From IMG/VR virus record IMGVR_UViG_3300020371_000002: a stretch of DNA of 64,000 nucleotides; one strand, given 5' to 3'. How positions within the stretch are numbered: position 1 is the first letter of the stretch; every line of letters starts with the position of its first letter. Under the pieces are notes generated by a model. That model ran no database searches, was not told the DNA's origin, and worked only from the letters and a program-made list of their open reading frames with translations. Shown here piece by piece: positions 36,679 to 47,782 of the stretch. The stretch is from a virus. Lineage: Duplodnaviria > Caudoviricetes. The translations under genes were made by a program, and so were the position numbers.

Positions 36679-37842
36679 ATGACTGAATTAAATCAATCAG
36701 TATTAAGAGAACTGGCAACTTCAGCAAGAGCAGATATTATTGCGGTTCCTGAGGAAGGTCAAAGAATTGAGTGTGTAATCAATTCGGATACGATTGCTGA
36801 AGGCGATGGAATGGTCATGAGTGATGATGGATCATTAGTACCATCTGGAATTATTGGTAGTGGTCAGATCTCGAAATCAACTGATAACTTATTTTCGAGT
36901 GGATCCATCTCCATGGGTCAACTCAATAGCACATTCGGTGCGAGTAATTTAGGGAGTCTGTATAGAGGAAATAGGGTTCCCGACTGTCAATATAATAATA
37001 GTGTTCCTTCTGGTGGAACCATCAAATTCAGTGATTTTAGAGGAACTACTAAAACTATCTACGCTCAATGTAATGGTAACTTCAACCATTTACAGGCAAG
37101 ATGGGAAATCTTTGGAGATCAAGACTGGACTTCTGCAGCAGATAAAAGAATTACTTTTACTGGTCACTGTGGTTCCAGCGATTCTAATCCAGGCATGAGA
37201 ATTAATAACAGTGGTGCCTTATATGGTAATACTGTAGAGATGGTAACAGCAGGATCACCAAGCATTATCGGTAAAGGTGGAAATGCTGGTCAAGGTGGCA
37301 ATCAGGCGATGCATATTGCTACACCAATTAAGATTCCTGGCGGTTTCTGGAATGGAAGTGTTTATGGAGGCGGTGGCGGTGGCGGCACTGGCGGCAACGG
37401 AGGTCGTGGCGGCAACGGTCAACACGGCGGCAAAAAAAGATGTAATGGTTGGTTCTGTAATGGTTCTAAAAGAGAATGCCGTGGTGATGGTGGAAACGGT
37501 GGCAATGGCGGCAATGGCGGCGGAGGCGGAAGAGGAGCAGGTTTTATTTGGAACGGATCCTCTTGGGTGAACTCTCAGACAGGCGGCAGTGGCGGCAACA
37601 GTGGTAACTCTGGAAACGGTAGAGCAGGCAACGGTGGCAATGGCGGTAATGGCGGCGGAGGCGGCGGTTACCAGTCCACTGGCGGATCAGGCGGCGGTGG
37701 AAACAGAGGAAACCGTGGCGGCAATGGAGAGTCAGGTTGCGGCGGTGGTCCCAACAATGGAAATAATGGAAACGGTGGAGGCGGCGGCGCAGGTGGCGGT
37801 CCTAAAGCAAACTTCTCACACAATGGTTATCGTTACGGTTAA
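36679..37842 (+). CDS. Glycine-rich tail-fibre tip/adhesin-like protein (gp38-like)
   Basis: SGSISMGQL and GTIKFSDFRG cap motifs, IIGKGG, VYGGGGGGG, long GGNGG tracts with Cys-containing loops. Confidence 0.7.
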   Translation: MTELNQSVLRELATSARADIIAVPEEGQRIECVINSDTIAEGDGMVMSDDGSLVPSGIIGSGQISKSTDNLFSSGSISMGQLNSTFGASNLGSLYRGNRVPDCQYNNSVPSGGTIKFSDFRGTTKTIYAQCNGNFNHLQARWEIFGDQDWTSAADKRITFTGHCGSSDSNPGMRINNSGALYGNTVEMVTAGSPSIIGKGGNAGQGGNQAMHIATPIKIPGGFWNGSVYGGGGGGGTGGNGGRGGNGQHGGKKRCNGWFCNGSKRECRGDGGNGGNGGNGGGGGRGAGFIWNGSSWVNSQTGGSGGNSGNSGNGRAGNGGNGGNGGGGGGYQSTGGSGGGGNRGNRGGNGESGCGGGPNNGNNGNGGGGGAGGGPKANFSHNGYRYG

Positions 37843-38925
37843 TTAACTAGGTTCTCTTCCATTAACATTACCTACAAAAGCATATGCCAGGCGGAAGGTA
37901 TTACCTTCATGTCTGGTATTTACTTTATGTACGGCAAATACATTTTGTGTGTACTGACTATCTTCCCATCTATCTAATTCTGCTTTCCAATTATCTGGGA
38001 ACCAAAAATTATTATCAAACTGCTCGTTGAGAAGTCTCATGGCAGAAATATGATCGTTTTTATATGAAGAAAACTTTTCAAAGTTATCAGTCGCTTGTGT
38101 GCCTAAAGGTGCATCTCTCTTTCTTGTAGGCATCAAAGACTGACCAAAATTCTTCTCTACTCCTTCTGGTCCAAAAGTAATATCAATTAAACAATTAACA
38201 TTATCAGTATTATATGTTTGCTCCAATAATTCTAAGGTACTCTTACAATTATTATAAAACTTTGTTCTATTACTTTTTCCCATTTTTTCCACAATCTTCA
38301 AGATATTCTCTTGATTATCATGTGACTTATATAAGTGTATCTCTACACTATTAGTCTTCTTTTTGAAGATCATATAATTGAGGGCAAGATCAAAATCGCC
38401 TTCCGTTGCAGGACTTAGACTATCAATATCATTTAATATATCAAGTAAATCTCCAGTGTCATTATTGCCAGTGAGTTCACCTACAAAATCACAGATATAT
38501 TTACGACTAGCAGAGAACATAGGGAATGTATCAAAATCCAAATGTTCTTCAATAATCTCTGTAGGATTCTCTGGATCAAATACTAATACTCTACTACCCA
38601 TATAATAATTCAGGATGGGATTTCTATATACATGATTACTACCCCACAAGTTATACTCACCTGTGCCAGAACTGGCGTTAAAGAAGAACCCATATGTACT
38701 CTTCACCTCAACATCTTTTAATCCATTAATAGGATCTTGTTTATATTCTCTAATAAAAACCGCTCCACTATCTCTTCTCTTAGATCCATTCTCTTCCCAA
38801 GACTTACTAAAGAGACTAGGATTAGCATCAACAATCTTACGGATATTATCTACATCCACACCACTAACAAGATGGGGATAAGTCTTAGAGTCTGTTAATC
38901 TCTGGAGTGATTCAAGATCTACCAT
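37843..38925 (-). CDS. Hypothetical protein (360 aa)
   Basis: long ORF coupled to the oxygenase operon; no motif recognised. Confidence 0.8.
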   Translation of the reverse strand: MVDLESLQRLTDSKTYPHLVSGVDVDNIRKIVDANPSLFSKSWEENGSKRRDSGAVFIREYKQDPINGLKDVEVKSTYGFFFNASSGTGEYNLWGSNHVYRNPILNYYMGSRVLVFDPENPTEIIEEHLDFDTFPMFSASRKYICDFVGELTGNNDTGDLLDILNDIDSLSPATEGDFDLALNYMIFKKKTNSVEIHLYKSHDNQENILKIVEKMGKSNRTKFYNNCKSTLELLEQTYNTDNVNCLIDITFGPEGVEKNFGQSLMPTRKRDAPLGTQATDNFEKFSSYKNDHISAMRLLNEQFDNNFWFPDNWKAELDRWEDSQYTQNVFAVHKVNTRHEGNTFRLAYAFVGNVNGREPS

Positions 38926-39473
38926 TGTTCTCCCTTATCGTAAGCAAACCATACAACTACTGAGTATCTAGTTCCCGAAGTTACTTTTGTAACTTCATGT
39001 GGATATACTAGAGAACTAGGATAAACATGTATGGAGTTTTTGTGTTTATCTAGTTTGTGTTCTCTCCAGAATAACATGTCACCGCCTTCATAATCATCAT
39101 TTATTTGAAAAGATGCGGTAACTGAGGCAGCATCCGCATCTGTATCTGTATGATATGAGAGATACCCGCCTTCTGGATACTTACACAACCAGTATCCACT
39201 ATATTTATCGAAGACATCATCACTTGGTAGACACCAACGATAACTTTCAATGATTTTAGGCATTACTCTTCTGAATGCCGCGTCCACAATATCAAATACT
39301 TCACCCTCTTTGAGATCTACCTGTTGCCTATGACCATGAAGATCGTAGAAGGCATCTTCACCAATCTCTTCAAAATCTGGAAACTCAAAGTCTTCGAGTA
39401 GTTTCAATAAACGAAAGTATTCATCAGCATCCAGTACATCACAGTATTCATGAATGTGATCTGATAACATCAT
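38919..39473 (-). CDS. 2OG-Fe(II) oxygenase, prolyl-4-hydroxylase-like
   Basis: HTD...NDDYEGG...YPS..YPHEV..GTRYSVV. Confidence 0.9.
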   Translation of the reverse strand: MMLSDHIHEYCDVLDADEYFRLLKLLEDFEFPDFEEIGEDAFYDLHGHRQQVDLKEGEVFDIVDAAFRRVMPKIIESYRWCLPSDDVFDKYSGYWLCKYPEGGYLSYHTDTDADAASVTASFQINDDYEGGDMLFWREHKLDKHKNSIHVYPSSLVYPHEVTKVTSGTRYSVVVWFAYDKGEQW

Positions 39474-40231
39474 ATGAAATAATCCTTTTCCACAAAACCA
39501 GAGACTGTGACCCTAGGATTTGTATCATACTCACCTGCACTAAACTTAGCAGAGTGCCAAAGATAAGAGGGATATAATACCAATCTATTCTTCTTCATCG
39601 GAACTTCATGTATTTCTTTCCAACATGGTTCAATACTATTAGAATCAAATACAACTGGTTCCTCTGACTTCTCTAAGAAATCATATTCCCATTCCTTGTA
39701 ATTCCAGTATGGTTCTTCTCTCTTAAATTTACTAAACACATGTTCCATGTTAATACAACCACCAGTTTCATGTGAATAGAATGCTGTTCCATCATCATTA
39801 CCAGAATCGGAACCATCATGAAGATAAAGAACAAAGGCAAACATAGAAGGATCCACATGAGGTTGGATATACTTTCTTGGATGTTCTATGTTTGAATAAA
39901 GAACATTTAATTGGAAAGCAAACCTCAAATCTTCTGGATTTGGAACTTCAAAATCACTAAACTCATTGATGAAAAATCCTACAGTCTTTCTAATCTCGGG
40001 AAGAAAGAGAGAAAGAGGTCTAGAAAAGCCTGGGATATTAGTATTCTGATCGTAATTTCTATTGCCTTCTACGGGCACATTGGTGATGAATGTATCAATA
40101 AAACCATCAATATCCTCAAGCACATCGTCAACAACAATGACGGGATGATTCTTATCTGGACCAATCCTAAGAGACAAATAAGTCAACTCATCATTGACTT
40201 TGACACTACCAGTGTCAGTGACATTTACCAT
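39470..40231 (-). CDS. 2OG-Fe(II) oxygenase-like protein (DUF6445-like)
   Basis: VIVVDD, PHVD, GTAFY, NRLVLYP..WHSA, RVT. Confidence 0.75.
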   Translation of the reverse strand: MVNVTDTGSVKVNDELTYLSLRIGPDKNHPVIVVDDVLEDIDGFIDTFITNVPVEGNRNYDQNTNIPGFSRPLSLFLPEIRKTVGFFINEFSDFEVPNPEDLRFAFQLNVLYSNIEHPRKYIQPHVDPSMFAFVLYLHDGSDSGNDDGTAFYSHETGGCINMEHVFSKFKREEPYWNYKEWEYDFLEKSEEPVVFDSNSIEPCWKEIHEVPMKKNRLVLYPSYLWHSAKFSAGEYDTNPRVTVSGFVEKDYFI

Positions 40232-40255
40232 GACAAACTCATTTTTTTGTATTTA

Positions 40256-40474
40256 TTACTCGAAATCTCCTAGCATTTTACACTCAAGAATCGTCTTGTA
40301 GAGATGCATTTGGAGATCTTCTAGTCTTTCATCTAGACCATCTCTATCACGATCTTCATCTGCCTTCAAAACCTCTAAGTGTTTGGTTACTGATCTATAA
40401 AGTAGGCAGATGTCATCTAAATCAAAATCAATTATAAAGTCGGGTTGCTGTCGATCACCATCCTCATTCAGCAT
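40256..40474 (-). CDS. Small hypothetical protein
   Basis: ORF track; overlaps fibre end. Confidence 0.65.
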   Translation of the reverse strand: MLNEDGDRQQPDFIIDFDLDDICLLYRSVTKHLEVLKADEDRDRDGLDERLEDLQMHLYKTILECKMLGDFE

Positions 40475-43400
40475 GGTTATGGGACTCCAGTTTTGCTTTC
40501 AGTTCATCAATTTGTACCTGTTGTTCCTTAATTGCCTCGATGAGGAGAGGAACAAGTTTCTCATACTGAACAGTATCATACTTATTGTCAACAGGTGCAG
40601 GTTTAACTGCCTCTGGGAGAACTTTCTTAACTTCTTGAGCAGATACACCAGCATATCTAACCTCAGTATTAAATCCAAGGTTACCAGCAGTTTCATTGAA
40701 GTTATAAGTGAAACCATTAAGTGAAAGAACTTTATCAAGAGCACCACTAATACCAACCTTATCTCTCTTCAGGCGATCATCAGATGCGAAAGCAGTAATG
40801 TCACTACCAGCAGTGATTGAACCTGAAACACTAAGAGCACCAATACTTAAAGTATTACTACCACCGTTCCAAGTAATTCCATTATCAACACGACCAGCCC
40901 TATAATTACCTTGAGAATTAGCAGGAACCAGTAAAACTTGATAACTGGAACTATCAGCGGAATTAATCTTAACCTGATCCGCCTTCTCGGCAGTACCAGA
41001 TAAATTACCAGAAACAGAGAGTGACCCAGCACTAATAGCTCCAGAAACACTCAAGGAACTACCAGAGAAAGAACCACCGTTAAATGCACTTGCAGTAATT
41101 ACGTTGGAACTGAAGTTACCAGAAGCATCCCTAGCAACAATACTGTTTCCAGCATTGCCAGTGGATGTATCCATTCCATCAAGTAAGTCAGCATTAAGGT
41201 TGACACACTTAGTGATGGAACTAGTAATAATTGGTGGAGTACCAGTGGTCGCTGTGTGTACCATCTGGAAGGTATTAATCTTACCAGTAGGACCACACTC
41301 AATAGTCATATCAACGCCACTATCACCAAGAGCGGTAATAATACCAGCGTTAGCATAAAGGTCATCCGTCATCACGGATCCGTTGATACCTGAGTTCAGG
41401 AAGGTAACGGTTGCATATGTACCAACAATAGAAGTAACAACACCAGAGTTGGCAACAATTTCAAGTCCAGGTTGCCCAGGTCCTTGAGCGCCAGGTCCCA
41501 TAACAACTCGGGACTTAACAGCAGTAATAATACCAGTATTAACGAAAGCAGTAGGACCAAACAGTTGGTCAGTAAAGTTAAAGTCAGTTGCAGTTACAGC
41601 AGTACCAGCGATATTATCGTAGGTTACATTAGTACCTGTGAGGTTAGTAACAATACCAGAAGAAGCATACAACTGAGGAGTAACCACATGGTTAGAGGCA
41701 CTCATGTTAGTGACAACACCAGAGAAGATGTTTGCCTCATTGATATAAGCAGTAGTTGCATGTAATGTGGTAGTAATACCAACATCTGCATACAATCCAT
41801 TAGTTACGGATGCAACTTCTGCTCTAAAGTTGGTGACGAAACCAGTCTTAGCATAGGAATGTGTGAGTACGTTGAGACTACCAATACCCGCATTAACAGC
41901 AGTAAGAGTAGTTACATTGACTGTACCGCCATCACATTCGATGTTACCAACATCGAGAGTACCAACAAATGTACTTACACCAGCATATGTGTCATTGATT
42001 GGACCTTCAATACTGATATGTGAGGCAGGTTTGAAGGAAACGTAAGTACCAACAGTCTCGAAGTCATATGCTCGAATTACACCACCTTCATCTACAATAC
42101 TGTAGTAACCATAGTTCTCCCAAGGAATACCCTGTGGAGAGACACCACCAGTAGTATTGTATCCCCAGAAATTAGCAATCTTTCTGATAACAATACTATC
42201 GTAAGTAACACCAGAGAATGTCTGTGGAGATGCAAAGGTAACAATACCAGAAACGAACAAGTGATTCAGTTTCGTAGTACCGTTGACTTCCATAGCATCA
42301 GTAAAGTCAAATGGTCCAATACCAGACTTACCAACACCAATTTGATCGATCTTGAGGAACTGTCTATCTCTTTCTTGAGATACTACACCAAATCTTCTCC
42401 ACTCACCTTCAGCATAGATGTGTCCTAAGTAACCACCCGTATTAGGGTTGGATACAAATGACATATCACCAGATCTTGCCGCCTGAATAGGAGTAGAAAT
42501 ACCAACGGTAAGAAGTTTACCCTGTGGAGCATCACCTTTCAGGAAGAGGTTCTTAGTTTCAATACCCTCAGCAGAACTGTTAGTAAGTTTCTGGGTAAAG
42601 TTTACTGGACCATAGAACTGTGAAGTTCTATTGTTGTTATCTCCACCCTCAACCGTGATACCTTCTCTAACCAGAAGTTCATCGAAGACACCCGAAACTT
42701 TCTTAGCAGCTTCAGACTCAGCATCATCACCTGTATAGGTAAAGATTGGAGCGCCAATAACTTCTTCCTCACCAGTAATTGCAGACAGTTTATTATATCC
42801 AGTGAAGAACTCACCAGCGTCGTTCATACCAGTGTAAACAACCTTACCACCAGACTGTTCTTTCTTCTGTGCAGCAAGTTGTTCATCAGAGTTCAGAACT
42901 CTATCCTGTTTTTGAGGCAGTGATGTGGAGTAGTTACCAGAACCATAACCAAGATATTCAAATGTGTGACCAGATGCACGAAGAATAGATGGTCTGCGAA
43001 GTTCCATTGGAACGATTTCAATCTTCTTGATTGTCGAACCAACAGGAACTGCTGCAGCAACAGTACCAAACTGACCACGGAGAATGGCATTGATGTTATC
43101 GTTAGTAAATCTAATAATCTCAGCACCAATCTGACAGTAATCACCCTTCTGGAAACCAGAAGTATCAGTAAGAGTGATTGATTGGTCAGTAGAGGTTAAA
43201 GGAGCAGCAATAGATGTACTAATACCAGTCCAAATTGTTGCACCCCTTGCGTTCAGGTTATTTTCACCCAGACCCAGAGACTTGGATCTTGCTCTGAAAC
43301 CATGACCGAACAATCTAGCATCAGTTACATCATAAGAACTATCAATACCAGATGTATGAACACCAACATTGAAGTGAAGTGCTCTCAATGGAGCGAAAGG

Positions 43401-46400
43401 ATCAACGTCAACAACAGTGAATGTTCTAAAGTCGAACATCGAGTTACCAGTACCAACGATACCGAAGGTCTGACCAGCAACTAAGGTGTGGTTTGAATTA
43501 CATCTAATTGTAGCAACACCAGTTTCACCAGTTACACTGATACTTGTAAATGCAACGCCAGGGTTGGCGATGTTATACATTGGCAGTCTTCTATCAGTCC
43601 TTTCAGTATAGAAAGGAGACATAATATTTGGTTTGTCAATCTCAATGGAAACAGACTTTGCAGTTGGAATATCAACAATCTTATGTGTTCCATTGTACAT
43701 TGGATCAGCAAATCCATTCAGATCCATACCATCGCCAACATTATTGAAGATAGCAGTAACTTCAACAACAGCAGGAGAAGTAGCAGCACCAGCAGGGAAT
43801 GGATCAACTGTCATGGTGTTACCTACACCATATGCACAACCACCATCAACGATCTTAACACTGGTAACTGTACCAGCAGCAGAGATCTGAACTTCAGCGG
43901 CAGCATTCTTACCAATCAGTCCATTATTAACGAGATCAGCTGAGTAGATAACAGTAGCGATACCAGAACCATTGTTATATCCAGAACCACCGTCGATGAT
44001 GTTTACACTCTTAATGGAGTTGAATCTATGCTCTGTATCACTAAACAGAGTGACAGTGGTGTTACCTGTACCAGTAACAACCGCACCAGTTACAGCAGTA
44101 CCAACATTGAATCCCTGCATGAAGTAGTTAAGGGATTCTCTCGTAAGAGACTTCTTCTTATCATTAGAAAGAACAAGACCAACAACTTCTGGAGTGGCAA
44201 ACGATACAGAAGGTTGTGGATCAGACTCATAGTTATCTCTATCCTGTTGTGGATATAGATTTCTAACATCCTGAGAGAAGGACTTCATGGATACACCAAA
44301 TCCAAGGTCCTTATCAAGAGAAACAGAACCACAAGTCAGGATCAGGTTGTAGATACCATCTTGTCCAGATGTGCCAGGAATATGTGGTTTTGCCTCCTGA
44401 ACACGATAGACGTAAATACTATCCTTAGACTTAGATCTATGAATTGTAGGAAGATTTTCGATCTGTTGTTGTGTAGTTCTTTGGTTGATCTGACACTTAA
44501 ATTCGCCAGGATCAGTTGTAATACCAGAAATAGTAAACTGTTTTCTACCAAGAACAGTTGCAACTGGGTTCTCACCGTTAAAACCAACGTTGAATGTACC
44601 CAGTGGATTATTAACAGAATCAACCTGTCTAATAGTTACAAGGTCGCCAGGAATCAGATCATGATCTTTCTCCGTGGTAACAGTAATAGTATCGGATGAC
44701 CATGTAGCATTCTTAATGATCTTAACGTTCTTAAGTTGAGTTGGGTTCGTTAAGTCAGCACTCAAGAATGATGCACTACCAACACCAACTGTCTTGGATT
44801 CTTGAAGTACGAAACCAGGCGTAGGTGGACGTGCATTAGTATGTTCCTTAGGAATAACATATCTTGCTCTGTAAAGTCTATCTTGCAGAGATCTGTTATC
44901 AACTCTTCTCTCAAGGTATGTTGCACCAGATTCTTGACCAATAAGACCAACACCAAGAGAAGCAAATGCTGGATAGATTGTATTAGATACAGCACTAGGA
45001 TCAACGTTAATATACCAGTTGTTGTTTACACTATCAAACTGGATGGGATGACCCTTCATGCCAGGTTGTTTGTCGGAAACAGTAGAACTGATAATCAGTT
45101 TACCACCACCATTAGACAAACCAGTCAGAGGTCTACGAGCAAGTGCGTCGTTCAGAGTTGCAGCAAGTTGAAGTTTGTCTGCAGCAAGAGAACCACCAGT
45201 AATTGCATAGTAGATCTTATCATTCTTGATACCATTAGGTGTTTCTCCAGTATCAGAGAAGACTCTAACTCTCTCACCAGTGATTAACTGGTGATTCTGA
45301 ACAAGACTAAAAACGTTAGATACAATGAAGTTGACACCAGCATTACGAACAACATCGTAAACTTTTTGGTAGGAAGTAGCAATACCAGAAGTTCCAGACT
45401 CCATGAGAACTGGAGCTTCATAAACATTCTGAACTGCCTGACCAGTAGAAGTATCAACCAGTGCAAGTTTCAGAGTTTCACCTGCTCTTGCACCAACTCT
45501 ATAAGAATCAATCTCAGCAGGAGGTACAATTTCTTGAGTATTATATCCAAACAGATACAGTCTACTGGTATCAGCAATACCAATAGTCTTTTGAACGTCA
45601 AGAGTCAACCATGAGATAGTAGTATCTTCAGCAGTTAGTTCTCTAGGAGGAATGATGTGTGTGATATAACCAACATCATCACGGTCGAATGAAGAAGGTC
45701 TGAATCCACTAGATTCAAGAGCAGTTTGACCAAAGTTTGAGTTGGAGTTAGTAATAGATGCGTCACCACCTCTCTCCGCTTGGAAATGTCTGGCGAACGC
45801 AATAGCGAACACAGAAACGATCTGAACAACAGCGTTGTTCCTCACTCTCATGTGAGAAGTTTCATATGTTGGTTTGTAGATGGCAGCAGAGTTGCTGTGC
45901 AGAGGTCTATCTGCATCAGAAACAGACTGGTCATCATTAAAGATTGCAGTGTCTGGGTTATACAGAACGAAGGCATTGTCATCCTTCTGGATAGAAATAC
46001 CCGTGAACTGTGCAACAACCATCGACTTAAATCCAGTCGCCTTGTCACCATCACAGTCCATACCGTTCATACCATAAACTGAACGGAGAGAACAGTTAAA
46101 GATGTATGGAGATGCGGAACCTACAGTATCAGGTTCAATAATAATAGAAGAGTTCTGGATTTCCTGTGGGATAGGAAGTGGGTTGCCAGGTACAGATGGA
46201 GCAATATATCTAAACTCAGTATCACTCAGAACTTCCTCAACCACAAAGGAACCATTGTAGGAGTTAATAGATGTAGTGATACCAGCAATAAGAACTGGTG
46301 TCTCTTTGAAGAGGTTGTGTGCTTTGTTAGTAGTGACTGTAATTTGTGTGGAGGAGGTGTTACCGTCTCCTGCCTTAATAGAACTAATACCAACTGGATC

Positions 46401-47246
46401 AGCAGCAAGGTCACCAACAATCCTAAATTCATCAATATTTGGTTCAAAATCGTCAAACGTGGGAAAGTCACCAACTGGACGACCAGAAGCATCACCATAT
46501 GCTCTAGCAACCTTGTAGTAGAACATATCAAGGTCAGTAAGACCTGAGTCCGATCCATCAATGATTACATTGTTTACACCATCAGCATACTGGAAACAAG
46601 ACAGTTTGTGGTGAGAGAATGTTGGTTTCTTAGAGTTGCTGTTGAAATCATAATATGCAACTTTAGACAGATCAGCATCAAACAGAGAGAATGCTGTGAA
46701 GTAACAAGTACCCGTAACTCTGAATACAGATGTATATTCAAACCTATCGTCTTCAGGATCAGGCACATAGAGTGGTCTGATCTTGGTCTTACGAAGATCC
46801 AAACCAATAATAGATGTACCTCTAGGCAGAATTACACCACCCTCAGTAGAGTTGTACTTGTAGAGATCATTATTTCTATCAAGAACATCAAAGTTAGTCT
46901 CAGTAGTAAACTCATTGAGAGTAACTTCTACATAATTACTATTTCTTCTCGCCTTAAATTGGGCGCTACCATTATTATCTATTACAGTATATCCAGGCCT
47001 ATTGTCAATATAGTGTGTGCCTGGGAAAGTTAGAATCGTTGTTCTATCAATCTTATCGTTATTCTTACCCGTCTGGTACGAAAATCTTGCTGCCTCAATG
47101 AGTGCCCTCTGAATCGTTTTGAAAGGACGAGTCAGAGAGTTACCTCTGTTCTCAATACTATCAGTAGCATCAAAGTCGGAAGGGTTAACATACAGGATAT
47201 TACCTTCAGCATTCTTGAGGAAATTCTCTAATCTTGAAAGAGGCAT
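40464..47246 (-). CDS. Long tail fibre/structural protein with C-terminal peptidase S74 intramolecular chaperone
   Basis: N-terminal MPLSRL..LYV..RPFKTIQRAL; C-terminal SDDRLK..GVSAQEV..LPEAV..VQYEKLVPLLIEAIKEQ. Confidence 0.88.
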   Translation of the reverse strand: MPLSRLENFLKNAEGNILYVNPSDFDATDSIENRGNSLTRPFKTIQRALIEAARFSYQTGKNNDKIDRTTILTFPGTHYIDNRPGYTVIDNNGSAQFKARRNSNYVEVTLNEFTTETNFDVLDRNNDLYKYNSTEGGVILPRGTSIIGLDLRKTKIRPLYVPDPEDDRFEYTSVFRVTGTCYFTAFSLFDADLSKVAYYDFNSNSKKPTFSHHKLSCFQYADGVNNVIIDGSDSGLTDLDMFYYKVARAYGDASGRPVGDFPTFDDFEPNIDEFRIVGDLAADPVGISSIKAGDGNTSSTQITVTTNKAHNLFKETPVLIAGITTSINSYNGSFVVEEVLSDTEFRYIAPSVPGNPLPIPQEIQNSSIIIEPDTVGSASPYIFNCSLRSVYGMNGMDCDGDKATGFKSMVVAQFTGISIQKDDNAFVLYNPDTAIFNDDQSVSDADRPLHSNSAAIYKPTYETSHMRVRNNAVVQIVSVFAIAFARHFQAERGGDASITNSNSNFGQTALESSGFRPSSFDRDDVGYITHIIPPRELTAEDTTISWLTLDVQKTIGIADTSRLYLFGYNTQEIVPPAEIDSYRVGARAGETLKLALVDTSTGQAVQNVYEAPVLMESGTSGIATSYQKVYDVVRNAGVNFIVSNVFSLVQNHQLITGERVRVFSDTGETPNGIKNDKIYYAITGGSLAADKLQLAATLNDALARRPLTGLSNGGGKLIISSTVSDKQPGMKGHPIQFDSVNNNWYINVDPSAVSNTIYPAFASLGVGLIGQESGATYLERRVDNRSLQDRLYRARYVIPKEHTNARPPTPGFVLQESKTVGVGSASFLSADLTNPTQLKNVKIIKNATWSSDTITVTTEKDHDLIPGDLVTIRQVDSVNNPLGTFNVGFNGENPVATVLGRKQFTISGITTDPGEFKCQINQRTTQQQIENLPTIHRSKSKDSIYVYRVQEAKPHIPGTSGQDGIYNLILTCGSVSLDKDLGFGVSMKSFSQDVRNLYPQQDRDNYESDPQPSVSFATPEVVGLVLSNDKKKSLTRESLNYFMQGFNVGTAVTGAVVTGTGNTTVTLFSDTEHRFNSIKSVNIIDGGSGYNNGSGIATVIYSADLVNNGLIGKNAAAEVQISAAGTVTSVKIVDGGCAYGVGNTMTVDPFPAGAATSPAVVEVTAIFNNVGDGMDLNGFADPMYNGTHKIVDIPTAKSVSIEIDKPNIMSPFYTERTDRRLPMYNIANPGVAFTSISVTGETGVATIRCNSNHTLVAGQTFGIVGTGNSMFDFRTFTVVDVDPFAPLRALHFNVGVHTSGIDSSYDVTDARLFGHGFRARSKSLGLGENNLNARGATIWTGISTSIAAPLTSTDQSITLTDTSGFQKGDYCQIGAEIIRFTNDNINAILRGQFGTVAAAVPVGSTIKKIEIVPMELRRPSILRASGHTFEYLGYGSGNYSTSLPQKQDRVLNSDEQLAAQKKEQSGGKVVYTGMNDAGEFFTGYNKLSAITGEEEVIGAPIFTYTGDDAESEAAKKVSGVFDELLVREGITVEGGDNNNRTSQFYGPVNFTQKLTNSSAEGIETKNLFLKGDAPQGKLLTVGISTPIQAARSGDMSFVSNPNTGGYLGHIYAEGEWRRFGVVSQERDRQFLKIDQIGVGKSGIGPFDFTDAMEVNGTTKLNHLFVSGIVTFASPQTFSGVTYDSIVIRKIANFWGYNTTGGVSPQGIPWENYGYYSIVDEGGVIRAYDFETVGTYVSFKPASHISIEGPINDTYAGVSTFVGTLDVGNIECDGGTVNVTTLTAVNAGIGSLNVLTHSYAKTGFVTNFRAEVASVTNGLYADVGITTTLHATTAYINEANIFSGVVTNMSASNHVVTPQLYASSGIVTNLTGTNVTYDNIAGTAVTATDFNFTDQLFGPTAFVNTGIITAVKSRVVMGPGAQGPGQPGLEIVANSGVVTSIVGTYATVTFLNSGINGSVMTDDLYANAGIITALGDSGVDMTIECGPTGKINTFQMVHTATTGTPPIITSSITKCVNLNADLLDGMDTSTGNAGNSIVARDASGNFSSNVITASAFNGGSFSGSSLSVSGAISAGSLSVSGNLSGTAEKADQVKINSADSSSYQVLLVPANSQGNYRAGRVDNGITWNGGSNTLSIGALSVSGSITAGSDITAFASDDRLKRDKVGISGALDKVLSLNGFTYNFNETAGNLGFNTEVRYAGVSAQEVKKVLPEAVKPAPVDNKYDTVQYEKLVPLLIEAIKEQQVQIDELKAKLESHNHAE

Positions 47247-47275
47247 TTTGGCTCAAACTAATATTCTTCTGACTA

Positions 47276-47282
47276 TATTTAG
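47276..47282 (-). promoter_or_regulatory. Late promoter CTAAATA for the tail fibre
   Basis: 29 nt upstream of ATG, just after a terminator. Confidence 0.65.
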
Positions 47283-47287
47283 ACACT

Positions 47288-47309
47288 AAAAAAACCCTCT
47301 TGGGGAGGG
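47288..47309 (-). terminator. Intrinsic terminator
   Basis: CCCTC-CCAA-GAGGG plus T7. Confidence 0.75.
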
Positions 47310-47311
47310 CG

Positions 47312-47782
47312 TTACTGACCTAATGTAAAACTTAGAGTTGCTCTAGGTCCATGAACTTCAGGTCTATGATATGTTCCAGCTTCAATAAAAAGAGAATCGC
47401 CTGGATCTAAAGTAATTTCTTTATCATCATCAAACCAATAAGAAACTTTTCCTAGTCCCCCGACTAGAAGAACATCTTTATCATCACAGTGTCTTTCAAA
47501 AGTAGAAGCACCACCAGCAACAGAAACATAGACGTGCATCTCTTTGACAGGCACCTCTTTATAAACTTCTTCTGCTGCCTTTCTTAATGAGCCTGGTGTA
47601 TATGTATTGTGACAAACAAATGATGGTGGAACCTGCGGTAGATGATATACAATCTTGCATGTGCCTTTTGTATATTCATCATCCAGTTTATCCAATACAT
47701 CTTCCCAAGTTACATCAACATCAAACTCGGAAGGTGTATATTCATACTCAATCGCGTTGTCTCCAATCATCAGGTTTTTCAC
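47312..47782 (-). CDS. JmjC/cupin-like oxygenase
   Basis: HVYVS..FERHCDDKDV..LDPGDSLFIEAGTYH. Confidence 0.8.
   Translation of the reverse strand: MKNLMIGDNAIEYEYTPSEFDVDVTWEDVLDKLDDEYTKGTCKIVYHLPQVPPSFVCHNTYTPGSLRKAAEEVYKEVPVKEMHVYVSVAGGASTFERHCDDKDVLLVGGLGKVSYWFDDDKEITLDPGDSLFIEAGTYHRPEVHGPRATLSFTLGQ

Noticed and set aside
37360-37800. GGCGGC-rich repeats as a mobile or non-coding repeat
   Set aside because: Explained by glycine codons of the adhesin-like ORF
36679-37842. Invertible tail-fibre cassette or DGR target
   Set aside because: No recombinase, flanking inverted repeats, reverse transcriptase or template/variable repeat pair seen in the window
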